The notes beneath the pieces were generated by a model. It worked only from the letters and a program-made list of their open reading frames with translations. It did no database searches and had not been told where the DNA came from. Positions 1-8,690 of a DNA stretch of 32,467 bases are shown one piece after another. How positions within the stretch are numbered: position 1 is the first letter of the stretch; each line of letters starts with the position of its first letter. Source of the stretch: a virus; the IMG/VR virus record IMGVR_UViG_3300045988_047216, positions 1-32,467 of that record, one strand, 5' to 3'. The position numbers were made by a program, and so were the translations under genes.

Positions 1-284
1 GAAAACCTAAAGTAGCACAGGAGCAGCCTGTCGAGCAGCCTGTCGAGCAGCCTGTCGAGCAGCCTGTCGAGCAGCCTGTAGACGACCTGCCGTTCTCCGA
101 AGAGACAGAAGAGCCGACCGCAAAGGAAATGCAAGATTTGGTTATCGGACTTATCAAAGCTGGCACTCTCACTCGTGAAGACGTGCAAAACATCTTTCAA
201 GAATTTGGCGGTACATCTTTATCAAAAATACCGTCCGCGAAGTTCGTTCTACTGAAACAACGTTTAACTACCTACAATGGATAA
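1..284 (+). CDS. hypothetical protein, 3' part of an ORF that wraps the contig junction (5' part at 32229-32467)
   Basis: The frame with codons at 3, 6, 9... is open from the window start to TAA 282-284. It continues the ORF starting at ATG 32229 in frame once the 55-nt overlap is merged (239 + 229 nt = 156 codons). The product is acidic and has an EQPV repeat linker. No domain recognised. Confidence 0.6.
   Translation, partial: KPKVAQEQPVEQPVEQPVEQPVEQPVDDLPFSEETEEPTAKEMQDLVIGLIKAGTLTREDVQNIFQEFGGTSLSKIPSAKFVLLKQRLTTYNG
21..80 (+). repeat. 12-bp in-frame tandem repeat GAGCAGCCTGTC x5 (last copy ends GTA), encoding (EQPV)4-EQPV
   Basis: Read directly. Copies lie at 21-32, 33-44, 45-56, 57-68 and 69-80. 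The unit length is a multiple of 3 and the array sits inside the wrap-around ORF. Confidence 0.95.
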
Positions 285-1455
285 AGAAACGACTATTAAC
301 CACGGAGATAGACAGCATGCTTTGCTATCTCCGTCCGCATCTCACAGATGGATGGTTTGTACGCCGTCCGCCCGTTTGGAAGACCCGATAGAGAATACCA
401 GTAGTTCAGCGGCAGACGAGGGTACATTGGCACACGAGCTTGCTGATTGTGCATTAACGGAGTATCTTAACGGAAATTACGTTCCTCTTTTAGATGAACT
501 TCCCGTTCCTTTGGATATCAAGGAAAACCCGTATTACAGCCCGGAAATGGACAGGTACGTTACTGACTACGTTTGCTACGTAGTTGACTTGTACGAAGTG
601 AAAGAAAATGCCAATATGGGTATCGAACAGACGTTCGACCTAACGTCCTATGTGCCCGGTTGTTTCGGAAGTTGCGATTGCAATATAGAGTCTGGAAAAA
701 TACTTGACATAATAGACCTTAAGTACGGAAAAGGCGTTAAAGTAGAGGCCAAAGATAATTCGCAACTGATGATGTATGCGCTCGGTGTCCTCAGGGCACT
801 GTCCCCAAAAAGACAGGCCGAGATTGAAACTGTTCGGATGCACATTGCACAGGTTAGGTTAGGGCACTTCCCTGTATTCGAGATGTCCGCCCGTGATTTA
901 ACGCATTGGGGTATTCACGTTTTACGCCCAACGGCGGAAAAAGCATTTGCTGGACAAGGTGATTGCGTTGTTGGGTCGCACTGCAAGTTTTGTAGGTTTA
1001 AACCGCAATGCCGGGCGCAGAAAGATGCTTTAGTGGACGAGTTCGAGGAGCATGGCTCTACAAAAGCCTTGACATTGGACGAGATAGGCGACTTACTTAA
1101 AAAAGCAGACATGTTTACCGACTGGTTATCATCTGTCAAACAGTACGCCATGCAAGCCGCATTGGAGGGGAAGACCGTAAAAGGGTGGAAACTCGTAGAG
1201 GGGAAGAGTAATCGTACCATAACCGATGAGGCCGAAGCTGTTAAACGTCTTTCAGAGCTTGGTTTTTCCGAGGACAGCCTTAAAAACCATAAGTTAAAAG
1301 GTATCGGAGACTTGGAAAAGATGGTAGGAAAGCGGCCGTTAGCGGTAACATTGGACGGCATACTAATTAAGCCATCCGGTGCGCCTACATTAGCGGTAGA
1401 AGAAGACCCGCGCGAAGCTATAACGCCAACTATCGACTTGTTCGATAAAGTATAA
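277..1455 (+). CDS. PD-(D/E)XK exonuclease, Cas4-like / DUF2800 family
   Basis: N-terminal LSPSASHRWMVCTPS is a DUF2800-type signature. IDLKYGKG...QLMMYALG gives the D..(D/E)xK..QxxxY nuclease core. One N-terminal Cys plus C-terminal CKFCRFKPQC gives the 1+3 Cys pattern of Cas4/AddB Fe-S nucleases. The gene heads a DUF2815/PolA module. Confidence 0.85.
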   Translation: MDKETTINHGDRQHALLSPSASHRWMVCTPSARLEDPIENTSSSAADEGTLAHELADCALTEYLNGNYVPLLDELPVPLDIKENPYYSPEMDRYVTDYVCYVVDLYEVKENANMGIEQTFDLTSYVPGCFGSCDCNIESGKILDIIDLKYGKGVKVEAKDNSQLMMYALGVLRALSPKRQAEIETVRMHIAQVRLGHFPVFEMSARDLTHWGIHVLRPTAEKAFAGQGDCVVGSHCKFCRFKPQCRAQKDALVDEFEEHGSTKALTLDEIGDLLKKADMFTDWLSSVKQYAMQAALEGKTVKGWKLVEGKSNRTITDEAEAVKRLSELGFSEDSLKNHKLKGIGDLEKMVGKRPLAVTLDGILIKPSGAPTLAVEEDPREAITPTIDLFDKV

Positions 1456-1492
1456 ACTATGTTAAACAGTAGGAGTATATAATTTTAATCAC

Positions 1493-1500
1493 TATATTTG
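1493..1500 (+). promoter_or_regulatory. Bacteroidota-type -7 box TATATTTG
   Basis: Exact TAnnTTTG match in an intergenic gap, 53 nt upstream of ATG 1553. Confidence 0.5.
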
Positions 1501-1552
1501 CAAAACGGAACGTCCGAACCGTTAAGAGGACAGCAAAAACGTATAAAAAGTT

Positions 1553-2092
1553 ATGAAAGCAATGTTGAAAAACGTAAGATTGAGTTATGTAAGAGTATTT
1601 GAAGCAGAACAGGTAAACGGACAGGGCGACCCTATTTATAGTCTGTGTGTTCTCATACCAAAAGACAGTCCGGAAGTGCCCGCCATCAAAGCCGCAATTG
1701 AGACGGAGTATAACAATCTGAAAGTGAGATACCCGAAACTTGCGGGTAAAAACCCAAAGACGTGGAACAACCCTTTACGAGATGGTGACGAGGAGAAAGA
1801 CGGCGAAGAATATAAAGGTCATTACTTCCTCAATGCCAAACGTAAAGAGAAGCAAGGCGCACCTATCGTTATTGACGGCCGAAAGCAGTATATCACTGAA
1901 AAGAACGAGATGTATAGCGGTTGTTACGGCAATGTGGCAGTTTCATTCTACCCGTATGAATTTACAGGAAAGTATGGTGTTGGTGTAGGTCTGAACGGCG
2001 TGCAAAAAGTACGAGACGGTGAACGGCTGGATGGAGGTACAAGCGTTGACGATTTTGAGACAATAGACGAGAACGACAGCCTTTTTGATTAA
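1553..2092 (+). CDS. DUF2815 family phage ssDNA-binding-like protein
   Basis: The N-terminus LKNVRLSYVRVFEAE and the acidic C-terminal tail (DDFETIDENDSLFD) are typical of DUF2815/SSB-like proteins. It sits between the DUF2800 nuclease and PolA and has its own promoter and terminator. Confidence 0.75.
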   Translation: MKAMLKNVRLSYVRVFEAEQVNGQGDPIYSLCVLIPKDSPEVPAIKAAIETEYNNLKVRYPKLAGKNPKTWNNPLRDGDEEKDGEEYKGHYFLNAKRKEKQGAPIVIDGRKQYITEKNEMYSGCYGNVAVSFYPYEFTGKYGVGVGLNGVQKVRDGERLDGGTSVDDFETIDENDSLFD

Positions 2093-2103
2093 TCACTTAT
2101 TTG

Positions 2104-2136
2104 CGGACGGGTTTTTATAATGCCCGTCCGTTTTTG
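2104..2136 (+). terminator. rho-independent terminator
   Basis: Stem CGGACGGG (2104-2111) pairs with CCCGTCCG (2123-2130), followed by TTTTT. Confidence 0.7.
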
Positions 2137-2144
2137 TTAAAAGT

Positions 2145-3236
2145 ATGGGAAAATATGACAGCTATCTGAACGCCAAGGGCGTAAGGATTTCAAAAATGAC
2201 TGGTAAGCCTGTAAAAGCATATACCAAGAGAAATAAGGAGTATTGGTCTGCACGCGAGGGAGAAATGCCCGACCGAATAGCATCACGGGAAATTAACCCT
2301 GTGATAGAGGAACTGCAAAGACTATACACCGATGAAGAGATAAAAGGTATAATCAGCCTTAAAAAAGATGCCTCGCCGATCGAGCTCGTAGAGATAACTC
2401 CGAAAAGCCATTCCGATAGAGAGGGCAGCACGGGTTTTCTTATCGCTTCCGACTGGCACGCCGACGAAGTGGTTAAGGCATCTACCGTTTTAGGTAAAAA
2501 CGAGTATAACAAGGACATAGCCGAGGCACGGGTAAAAACGTTCTTCGCTAATGCTGTCTACATGATACGGAAGAAACCCGTAGACAATCTGGTAGTAGCT
2601 TTTATCGGCGACCTTATCGGCGGATTCATTCACCCGGAACTGGAACAGACGAACAGTATGTCGCCGATGGCGGGCATATCGTTCGTTAAGAGCTTGATTA
2701 TATCTGGCCTTAAGTACTTGAATGACAGTTTGCCGGAACTCGATAAGATAACCGTTATTGGCATATGCGGGAACCATTCGAGAACAACCAAGAAAATGCA
2801 GTTTAGCAACGGGTTCGAGATGAACCACGAGTACTTTATGTACAAAGACATTGAACATACTATCACGCTAATGGGACTTACAAAGTTTCAGTTCGTTGTG
2901 CCCGAAAGTGAGTTTGCTTATATTGACATATACGGTAAAAAGATTTTGTTTGCACACGGCCACCAGTTTAGAACGGCGGGCGGTATTGGAGGGATTTACC
3001 CGTCAATGTTACGATGGTACTCGAAGATGAACCAGACCCTTAAGATAGACAAGGCTTTTATAGGCCATTACCATACATCAATATACACTAAAGAAGTATG
3101 TGTAAATGGTTCTCTGAAAGGTTTCGACGCGTTCGCAATGGGTCACGGTTTAGCATTTGAGGAACCGCAACAAACCTACGTCATACTTAATGAGAAACGT
3201 GGTTTCATATTTTACACTCCGATATTTGCGGACTAA
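2145..3236 (+). CDS. calcineurin-like metallophosphoesterase (Mre11/SbcD-like fold)
   Basis: Ordered motifs are present: SDWHAD (DxH), GDLIGG (GD), GNHSR (GNH), AHGH and GHYH (GHxH). Confidence 0.8.
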   Translation: MGKYDSYLNAKGVRISKMTGKPVKAYTKRNKEYWSAREGEMPDRIASREINPVIEELQRLYTDEEIKGIISLKKDASPIELVEITPKSHSDREGSTGFLIASDWHADEVVKASTVLGKNEYNKDIAEARVKTFFANAVYMIRKKPVDNLVVAFIGDLIGGFIHPELEQTNSMSPMAGISFVKSLIISGLKYLNDSLPELDKITVIGICGNHSRTTKKMQFSNGFEMNHEYFMYKDIEHTITLMGLTKFQFVVPESEFAYIDIYGKKILFAHGHQFRTAGGIGGIYPSMLRWYSKMNQTLKIDKAFIGHYHTSIYTKEVCVNGSLKGFDAFAMGHGLAFEEPQQTYVILNEKRGFIFYTPIFAD

Positions 3237-3243
3237 ACTTATT

Positions 3244-3285
3244 GGCTATTATTTGTTAAATTACTGCAAATAATAGCCCTTTTTA
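3244..3285 (+). terminator. rho-independent terminator
   Basis: A 12-bp perfect stem, GGCTATTATTTG (3244-3255) with CAAATAATAGCC (3267-3278), is followed by CTTTTTAT. Confidence 0.7.
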
Positions 3286-3307
3286 TGCCTTATCTAAAAA
3301 CTTATAT

Positions 3308-3315
3308 TAACTTTG
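3308..3315 (+). promoter_or_regulatory. Bacteroidota-type -7 box TAACTTTG
   Basis: Exact TAnnTTTG match 29 nt upstream of ATG 3344. Confidence 0.5.
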
Positions 3316-3343
3316 CGAACGTAATTTAAAAATATTGACGCTT

Positions 3344-5359
3344 ATGAGACATCTTTTCATTGACTTTGAGACATATTCGGCAACGGATATAAAAACAGCA
3401 GGTAATTATAAATATTGCGAAGACCCGGAATTCGAGATACTTCTTTGCGGGTATGCTTTTGACGATGGGGACGTGCGTATTATCGACTTATTAGACGATG
3501 ACGGACGGGGACGATTTCATAAGATATTCTCTTATGTGGAAGAAAACACCGATATTGTGTTGGTGGCTCACAATGCCAACTTTGAACGTGTCTGTCTGAA
3601 AGAATACGGTTTCGACATACCTGCCGAACGGTTTTTCTGCACAGCCAACATGTCACTGTATTGCGGGCTTCCGGCCTCATTGGGACAGGTGTCTGAGATA
3701 CTGGATTTGAAAGACAAAAAATTAGGTACGGGGAAAGACTGGATACGGTATTTTTCCATACCTTGCAAGCCTACGGCAACTAACGGACGCCGAGGGCGAA
3801 ACTTCCCTTATCACAACCCGGAAGGTTGGGAGGAGTTTAAGGAATATCTTAAGTATGACGTATTATCGGAAAGGGAAATCTTTAATAAGCTATCGGTATT
3901 CAAGTTTCCAGCGTCAGAACAGAGGATATACGCGGCAGACCAACGTATAAATGACTACGGGATTAAGGCCGATTTACAACTTGCTAAAAACGCTGAGGAT
4001 ATATCGAATACTGAAAAAGCCCTATTGGAAGACCGAGCACTCAACAGATACAATATTAACTCAATGAAATCACATCCTCAGATAAAAGAGTTCATACGAG
4101 TGCGCACAGGTCTTATTGTAGATCCTTTGAACAAGACTGCAATTACCGATGTGGTTACCTCGATAAAAGACGCGGACAGAATATCCGAAGAAAACAAACG
4201 CGACGTTCTGGAAGTGTTGGAAATGCGTAACGAGATAAACAAGACCTCTAATGCGAAGTACACGGCTATTCTTGCAAGCGCGGGACGTGGTGACCGGATA
4301 AGAGGTCTGTTCAGATACTATGGAGCTAACCGAACGGGACGATGGGCGGGACGCCTCGTCCAATTGCAGAACCTGCCTCAGAACCACATAGACGATTTGG
4401 ATACAGCAAGGCAGCTTGTAAAAGACAAGGATTTGCCCACGATGAAGTTGCTGTACGATAAGCCTACGCACATCCTGTCTCAGCTTATACGTACCGCGTT
4501 CATTGCGCCCGATGGATATACGCTATGTGTTGCTGACTTTTCGGCTATTGAGGCACGTGTTATCGCATGGGCAGCGCAGGAGCAATGGAGACTCGACTTG
4601 TTTAAAGACCCGAAATCGGATATATATTGTGCGTCGGCCTCGAAGATGTTCGGCGTTCCTGTGCATAAAGGTGATGAGTTAAGGCAGCGAGGTAAAGTTG
4701 CCGAGCTTGCATTAGGGTATGGCGGTGGTGTCAATGCACTAACCACGATGGATACGAAAAAAGCCCTTACAGAAGAGGAAAAGCCCGAAATCCTATACAA
4801 GTGGAGGGAGGCTAACCCGAATATCGTATCTTTGTGGAAACGCCTCGAAAGATGCGCTAAAACGTGCATAAGCACACGACAGGAACAAACGTTTGAGATA
4901 GACAAAAACGCCCGGCTCATATTCAGATACGAGCACGGCGCGATGACTATCGAATTGCCGTCCGGCCGGAAGTTGTTCTATCCGTCCGCGAGACTCGGAA
5001 GTAGGACAATAAAAGGAGCTAACGGCGATTTCGATGTGCAGGACATATCATACATGGGACAAGACCAGACGACGGGTAAATGGGTCAAGTTGCATACCTA
5101 TGGAGGAAAGCTAACGGAGAACATTATCCAAGCTATTTCGCGCGATTTACTTGCTAATGCCATATTCAGAGTATTCTATCTCGGTTATAACATTGTATTG
5201 CATGTACACGATGAAATCGCCGCTGAGATACCAAAGGACGGATGCGAAGAGCAGACCTTACAGAGAATGATTGACGCGATGTGTACCGCGCCTCAGTGGG
5301 CAGCTAACATCCCGTTGCGCGCCGCGGGATACATAACGGACTATTACAAAAAAGATTGA
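3344..5359 (+). CDS. family A DNA polymerase with 3'-5' exonuclease domain and no 5' nuclease domain
   Basis: FIDFETYS gives ExoI (DxE) and HNANFE gives ExoII. ADFSAIEARV is motif A, RQRGKVAELALGYGGG is motif B and VLHVHDEI is motif C. The ORF track starts at TTG 3335. I prefer the first ATG at 3344 (MRHLFIDFET). Confidence 0.9.
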   Translation: MRHLFIDFETYSATDIKTAGNYKYCEDPEFEILLCGYAFDDGDVRIIDLLDDDGRGRFHKIFSYVEENTDIVLVAHNANFERVCLKEYGFDIPAERFFCTANMSLYCGLPASLGQVSEILDLKDKKLGTGKDWIRYFSIPCKPTATNGRRGRNFPYHNPEGWEEFKEYLKYDVLSEREIFNKLSVFKFPASEQRIYAADQRINDYGIKADLQLAKNAEDISNTEKALLEDRALNRYNINSMKSHPQIKEFIRVRTGLIVDPLNKTAITDVVTSIKDADRISEENKRDVLEVLEMRNEINKTSNAKYTAILASAGRGDRIRGLFRYYGANRTGRWAGRLVQLQNLPQNHIDDLDTARQLVKDKDLPTMKLLYDKPTHILSQLIRTAFIAPDGYTLCVADFSAIEARVIAWAAQEQWRLDLFKDPKSDIYCASASKMFGVPVHKGDELRQRGKVAELALGYGGGVNALTTMDTKKALTEEEKPEILYKWREANPNIVSLWKRLERCAKTCISTRQEQTFEIDKNARLIFRYEHGAMTIELPSGRKLFYPSARLGSRTIKGANGDFDVQDISYMGQDQTTGKWVKLHTYGGKLTENIIQAISRDLLANAIFRVFYLGYNIVLHVHDEIAAEIPKDGCEEQTLQRMIDAMCTAPQWAANIPLRAAGYITDYYKKD

Positions 5360-5360
5360 T

Positions 5361-7793
5361 ATGGATTTAAAGAAAATGATTTTTAAAATAGCTACGGCCA
5401 CGAGCGCAAAGTCGGTAACATGGAAGAACCGTAACTTTACGTGGGATGAGCTTGTACAGAGGTTCACCAGTGCTAAAGTGACCGAAGAAACATACAAGGA
5501 GTTCATAAGTGCAAGCAAAGCCGAGCAAGGAAATATAAAGGACGTCGGCGCGTTCATTGGAGGCGAACTGTTCGGCAGTCGCCGCAATAAGAATAATGTC
5601 GGTGAGCGTACATTGATGGCACTGGATATTGATTTCGGAGAGGTTGATTTTCCGGACAGATTTTTTGCAACGATGGGATGCGCCTGTATAATCCACGGTA
5701 CACACAAGCATAACCCTAAAGCAGGAGTTTTGCGTTACCGGGTTATTATACCGTTATCCGAACCGGTAGACAGTGAACAATACGAGGCGTTATCCCGTAA
5801 AGTGGCTGAGCTTACAGGCATAGACTTGTACGACCGTACCACGTTCCAACCCGAACGGTGTATGTTTTGGCCGTCCGTGTCCAAAGACGTTGATTTCGAT
5901 TTCACTGATTATTCACAGGTATGTGACGAACCGTTGGACGTCCAAAAGTATCTCGGCTATTACGACAATTGGCGCGATACGACCGAATGGGCATATCATA
6001 GAGACGAGAAAGGCGAAGTAAGGTCACTTGCAAAGCAGCAGCAAGACCCTACGTTGAAAGACGGCGTAGTTGGCGATTTCTGCCGCGCATACAGCATTTC
6101 GGAAGCTATATCCATGTATTTGTCGGACGTGTACGAACCGACCGAGAAACCCGACCGTTGGACGTTTACAGGAGGTACTACTTCCGGTGGTATGCTGACG
6201 TTTGACGATATGTTCGCCTATTCTTTCCACAACAACGACCCTATACAAGGAAACCATGTGTTCAACGCGTTCGACCTTGTGAGGGTTCACCTATATGGCA
6301 AGATGGAGAAAAAAGCGAGCATGGAAGCTATGTCTGAACTGGTGAACAAGGATGTGAAAGTAGCGGCCGGACGTGCGCAACGTTTGGCAGTCAAGGCGAT
6401 GGATACGGTCAACGATTTTGAGGACATAATCGAGGCCGAGGTAGTAGAGCAGAATTTGCCGGATACCTCATATGAAAATGCGATGTCCGAGTTAGAGACC
6501 GACAAACGCGGGAATTATTTGCCGAGCGCAAAGAACCTCAGCTTAATCATGCGGTACGACCCGAAATTGCAAGGGCTTATAGCACGAGACCTGTTCAAAG
6601 AACGCCGCGTAGTTACTCGTGTTCCTGCATGGCGTCCGAAAGATAGCACGTCCGATTTTCAAGATGTAGACTTTGCAGGTGTGCGGAAACACATAGAAGA
6701 CGTGTACGGCATAACAGGCAGCGCAAAGATTGATGATGCCATTGCATTGGCGGCTGAAAACAACTCGTTCCATCCCGTGCAGGACTATCTTACAGGGCTG
6801 ACATGGGACGGCGTTAAACGGGTGGACACAGCCCTTATTGATATAATGGGCGCGGAAGACACAATATATACCCGTGAAGCATTTAGAATAATGCTTATCG
6901 GCGCGGTTAAACGTATATTCCAAAAGGGATGTAAGTTCGACAGCATGCTCGTTCTGCAATCAGACCAAGGAGCAGGAAAGAGTACCTTTCTAAAGAAGTT
7001 AGGTCGCGGTTGGTTTTCTGACAGCCTGTCTAATATGGATGGCAAAGGAGCGTTTGAACAGTTACAGGGACATTGGATAATCGAAGTTGCCGAACTGTCT
7101 GCCATGCGAAAATCAGAGGTAGAAATGGTCAAGAACTTTATAACGAAGACAGAGGATAGTTTCAGACCTGCATACGGTCGAGTTACGAAGAACTTTCCGC
7201 GCCAATGTGTATTCTTCGGTACGACCAACAAAGACGAGTTTCTAAAAGACTCTACCGGTGGCAGGCGTTTTCTCCCTGTGCGATGCAAGGTTAACGAAAA
7301 CACTCCGAAGATATTCGCAAAGGATTTCGAGGAATATGTAGACCAACTTTGGGCTGAGGCAGTCCAGATGTACTACAGCAAAACCAGCACGTTGTTATCA
7401 CCCGAAGCAGAAGCGTTGGCAGAGCAGTACCGTGAGGAGCACTACGAAAGCGACCCACGCTCATGTGCAGTTCAGAAGTACGCCGAGATGTATGTACCAT
7501 TTGATTGGGAGAAACTTAACTCATTGGAACGAAAGATGTATTTTGCCAATTATGATGAGTCTGAGGTTGACAAGTCGAAGTGCATGCTTATAGACTTTCT
7601 GAGCGTGCCTGCAGTTCTTATTGAAGCACTCGACATAGAGGTAGGGAAGATAAAGCGGACGGATGCCGCAGACGCGGCCGCAATCCTCAGTAAATTAAGC
7701 GGTTGGGAACGCTCTGTAAGACGTAACAAGGCCTACGGTCAGCAACGCGGGTACGCTCGAATAGTTAACGAACCTTTGGAAAATAACGATTAA
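5361..7793 (+). CDS. bifunctional primase-polymerase (AEP-like N-terminus) / VirE-D5-type SF3 helicase
   Basis: The N-terminal half has LMALDIDF (DxD) and IIHGTHKH. The C-terminal half has Walker A DQGAGKST, Walker B WIIEVAEL and motif C FFGTTN, as in VirE (PF05272)-type phage primase/helicases. Confidence 0.85.
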   Translation: MDLKKMIFKIATATSAKSVTWKNRNFTWDELVQRFTSAKVTEETYKEFISASKAEQGNIKDVGAFIGGELFGSRRNKNNVGERTLMALDIDFGEVDFPDRFFATMGCACIIHGTHKHNPKAGVLRYRVIIPLSEPVDSEQYEALSRKVAELTGIDLYDRTTFQPERCMFWPSVSKDVDFDFTDYSQVCDEPLDVQKYLGYYDNWRDTTEWAYHRDEKGEVRSLAKQQQDPTLKDGVVGDFCRAYSISEAISMYLSDVYEPTEKPDRWTFTGGTTSGGMLTFDDMFAYSFHNNDPIQGNHVFNAFDLVRVHLYGKMEKKASMEAMSELVNKDVKVAAGRAQRLAVKAMDTVNDFEDIIEAEVVEQNLPDTSYENAMSELETDKRGNYLPSAKNLSLIMRYDPKLQGLIARDLFKERRVVTRVPAWRPKDSTSDFQDVDFAGVRKHIEDVYGITGSAKIDDAIALAAENNSFHPVQDYLTGLTWDGVKRVDTALIDIMGAEDTIYTREAFRIMLIGAVKRIFQKGCKFDSMLVLQSDQGAGKSTFLKKLGRGWFSDSLSNMDGKGAFEQLQGHWIIEVAELSAMRKSEVEMVKNFITKTEDSFRPAYGRVTKNFPRQCVFFGTTNKDEFLKDSTGGRRFLPVRCKVNENTPKIFAKDFEEYVDQLWAEAVQMYYSKTSTLLSPEAEALAEQYREEHYESDPRSCAVQKYAEMYVPFDWEKLNSLERKMYFANYDESEVDKSKCMLIDFLSVPAVLIEALDIEVGKIKRTDAADAAAILSKLSGWERSVRRNKAYGQQRGYARIVNEPLENND

Positions 7794-7848
7794 AGTTAAT
7801 AAACTGTTAAATATAGGCGAAGAAGATACAACGTATTGTGTAAACGCC

Positions 7849-7856
7849 TATATTTG
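7849..7856 (+). promoter_or_regulatory. Bacteroidota-type -7 box TATATTTG
   Basis: Exact TAnnTTTG match 35 nt upstream of ATG 7891. It overlaps the 3' arm of an inverted repeat, ATATAGGCG (7811-7819) with CGCCTATAT (7845-7853). Confidence 0.55.
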
Positions 7857-7890
7857 CAGTATAATATTAATCTAAAAAACAATAACTATT

Positions 7891-8298
7891 ATGAAAAAGT
7901 TATTTATCATTTTAGCGGTAGCCTTATTCGGGCTTTCCGCTTGTTCCAAAGACGAAGTATTCGAGGATACATTGGAGGTTACTTTCCTATTCGATAAGAC
8001 ACCTAACGGTGGTTCAGCGTTGGACGGTTCGTTCGGTGTGATATACAAGAAGTTGGGCGGTAAAGAGTATTACGCTATAATGGAAGCCTCGGGGGAAAAA
8101 CAGTTCTGCCCGGTAAGGTATAAAGCCTTTCCAGAAACAGACGTTTTCCGGTTCAATAGCCGCATCCTTGTGGCAGTTGACGGAAAGAGAATTATTCGGT
8201 TATACTTGACTAATAATGATGACCTTAACCCGGATAGACTTATATTTGAAACTAAATTAGGCTACACTAATGACAGTGTAGGAAAGATAGAATTATGA
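7891..8298 (+). CDS. lipoprotein, possibly surface-exposed
   Basis: The signal peptide MKKLFIILAVALFGLSA|C has a lipobox L-S-A-C. The Cys is followed by SKDE. Confidence 0.7.
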   Translation: MKKLFIILAVALFGLSACSKDEVFEDTLEVTFLFDKTPNGGSALDGSFGVIYKKLGGKEYYAIMEASGEKQFCPVRYKAFPETDVFRFNSRILVAVDGKRIIRLYLTNNDDLNPDRLIFETKLGYTNDSVGKIEL

Positions 8299-8320
8299 AC
8301 AATTTAACATTTTAAAAATT

Positions 8321-8518
8321 ATGAGATCAGGAAATTTTGTAGATTTAGAGTTCGTAGTAAAGGGATTTATCCAAGTCGAACAGATAAACGCAGACCATAT
8401 CAGCCGATTGTTGGTTATGGACGATAAACCTTATATAGGGATGCTCGGACAGGCTTACACCCGTCAGTTGACAATGGATAGTTTTACAAAACTGTGTGAT
8501 AAACTTAATTTAGAATAA
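8321..8518 (+). CDS. hypothetical protein
   Basis: ORF on the gene-dense + strand, tightly packed with its neighbours. No motif recognised. Confidence 0.5.
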   Translation: MRSGNFVDLEFVVKGFIQVEQINADHISRLLVMDDKPYIGMLGQAYTRQLTMDSFTKLCDKLNLE

Positions 8519-8519
8519 C

Positions 8520-8690
8520 ATGATACGAGTATTGAGAGTTAGACGGAAAATAGACGGTTTAGGCCGTAATGTTTACTCGGCGTGTCCTGTGTATAAAGAA
8601 GAGTTCAAGACGCCGGAAGAAGCAAGAGATTATTATGAGAATTTGTATTACAATAGTAAAATATTATTAGATTATGAAACAGTCGAATAG
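8520..8690 (+). CDS. hypothetical small protein (56 aa)
   Basis: ATG at 8520 lies 2 nt after the previous stop. I read MIRVLRVRRKIDGLGRNVYSACPVYKEEFKTPEEARDYYENLYYNSKILLDYETVE by hand. It fills an otherwise non-coding gap. It is below the 60-aa track cutoff. Confidence 0.35.
   Translation: MIRVLRVRRKIDGLGRNVYSACPVYKEEFKTPEEARDYYENLYYNSKILLDYETVE

Noticed and set aside
1-55. The 55-nt terminal identity as a genuine physical direct terminal repeat of the virion DNA
   Set aside because: The length equals a common final assembler k-mer, and an ORF reads seamlessly across the join. An assembly circularisation artefact is more likely. The true termini cannot be read from the sequence alone.
21-80. 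The short regular repeat as a possible CRISPR array
   Set aside because: The copies are contiguous 12-bp units with no spacers, in frame inside an ORF. This is a coding tandem repeat, not a CRISPR array.
1740-1988. A nested 82-aa + strand ORF in an alternative frame inside the DUF2815 gene (similarly 22182-22391 inside the tape-measure-like gene)
   Set aside because: Both are fully embedded in longer ORFs with recognisable features. The compositions are basic and low-complexity, typical of off-frame translation. No start context supports them.
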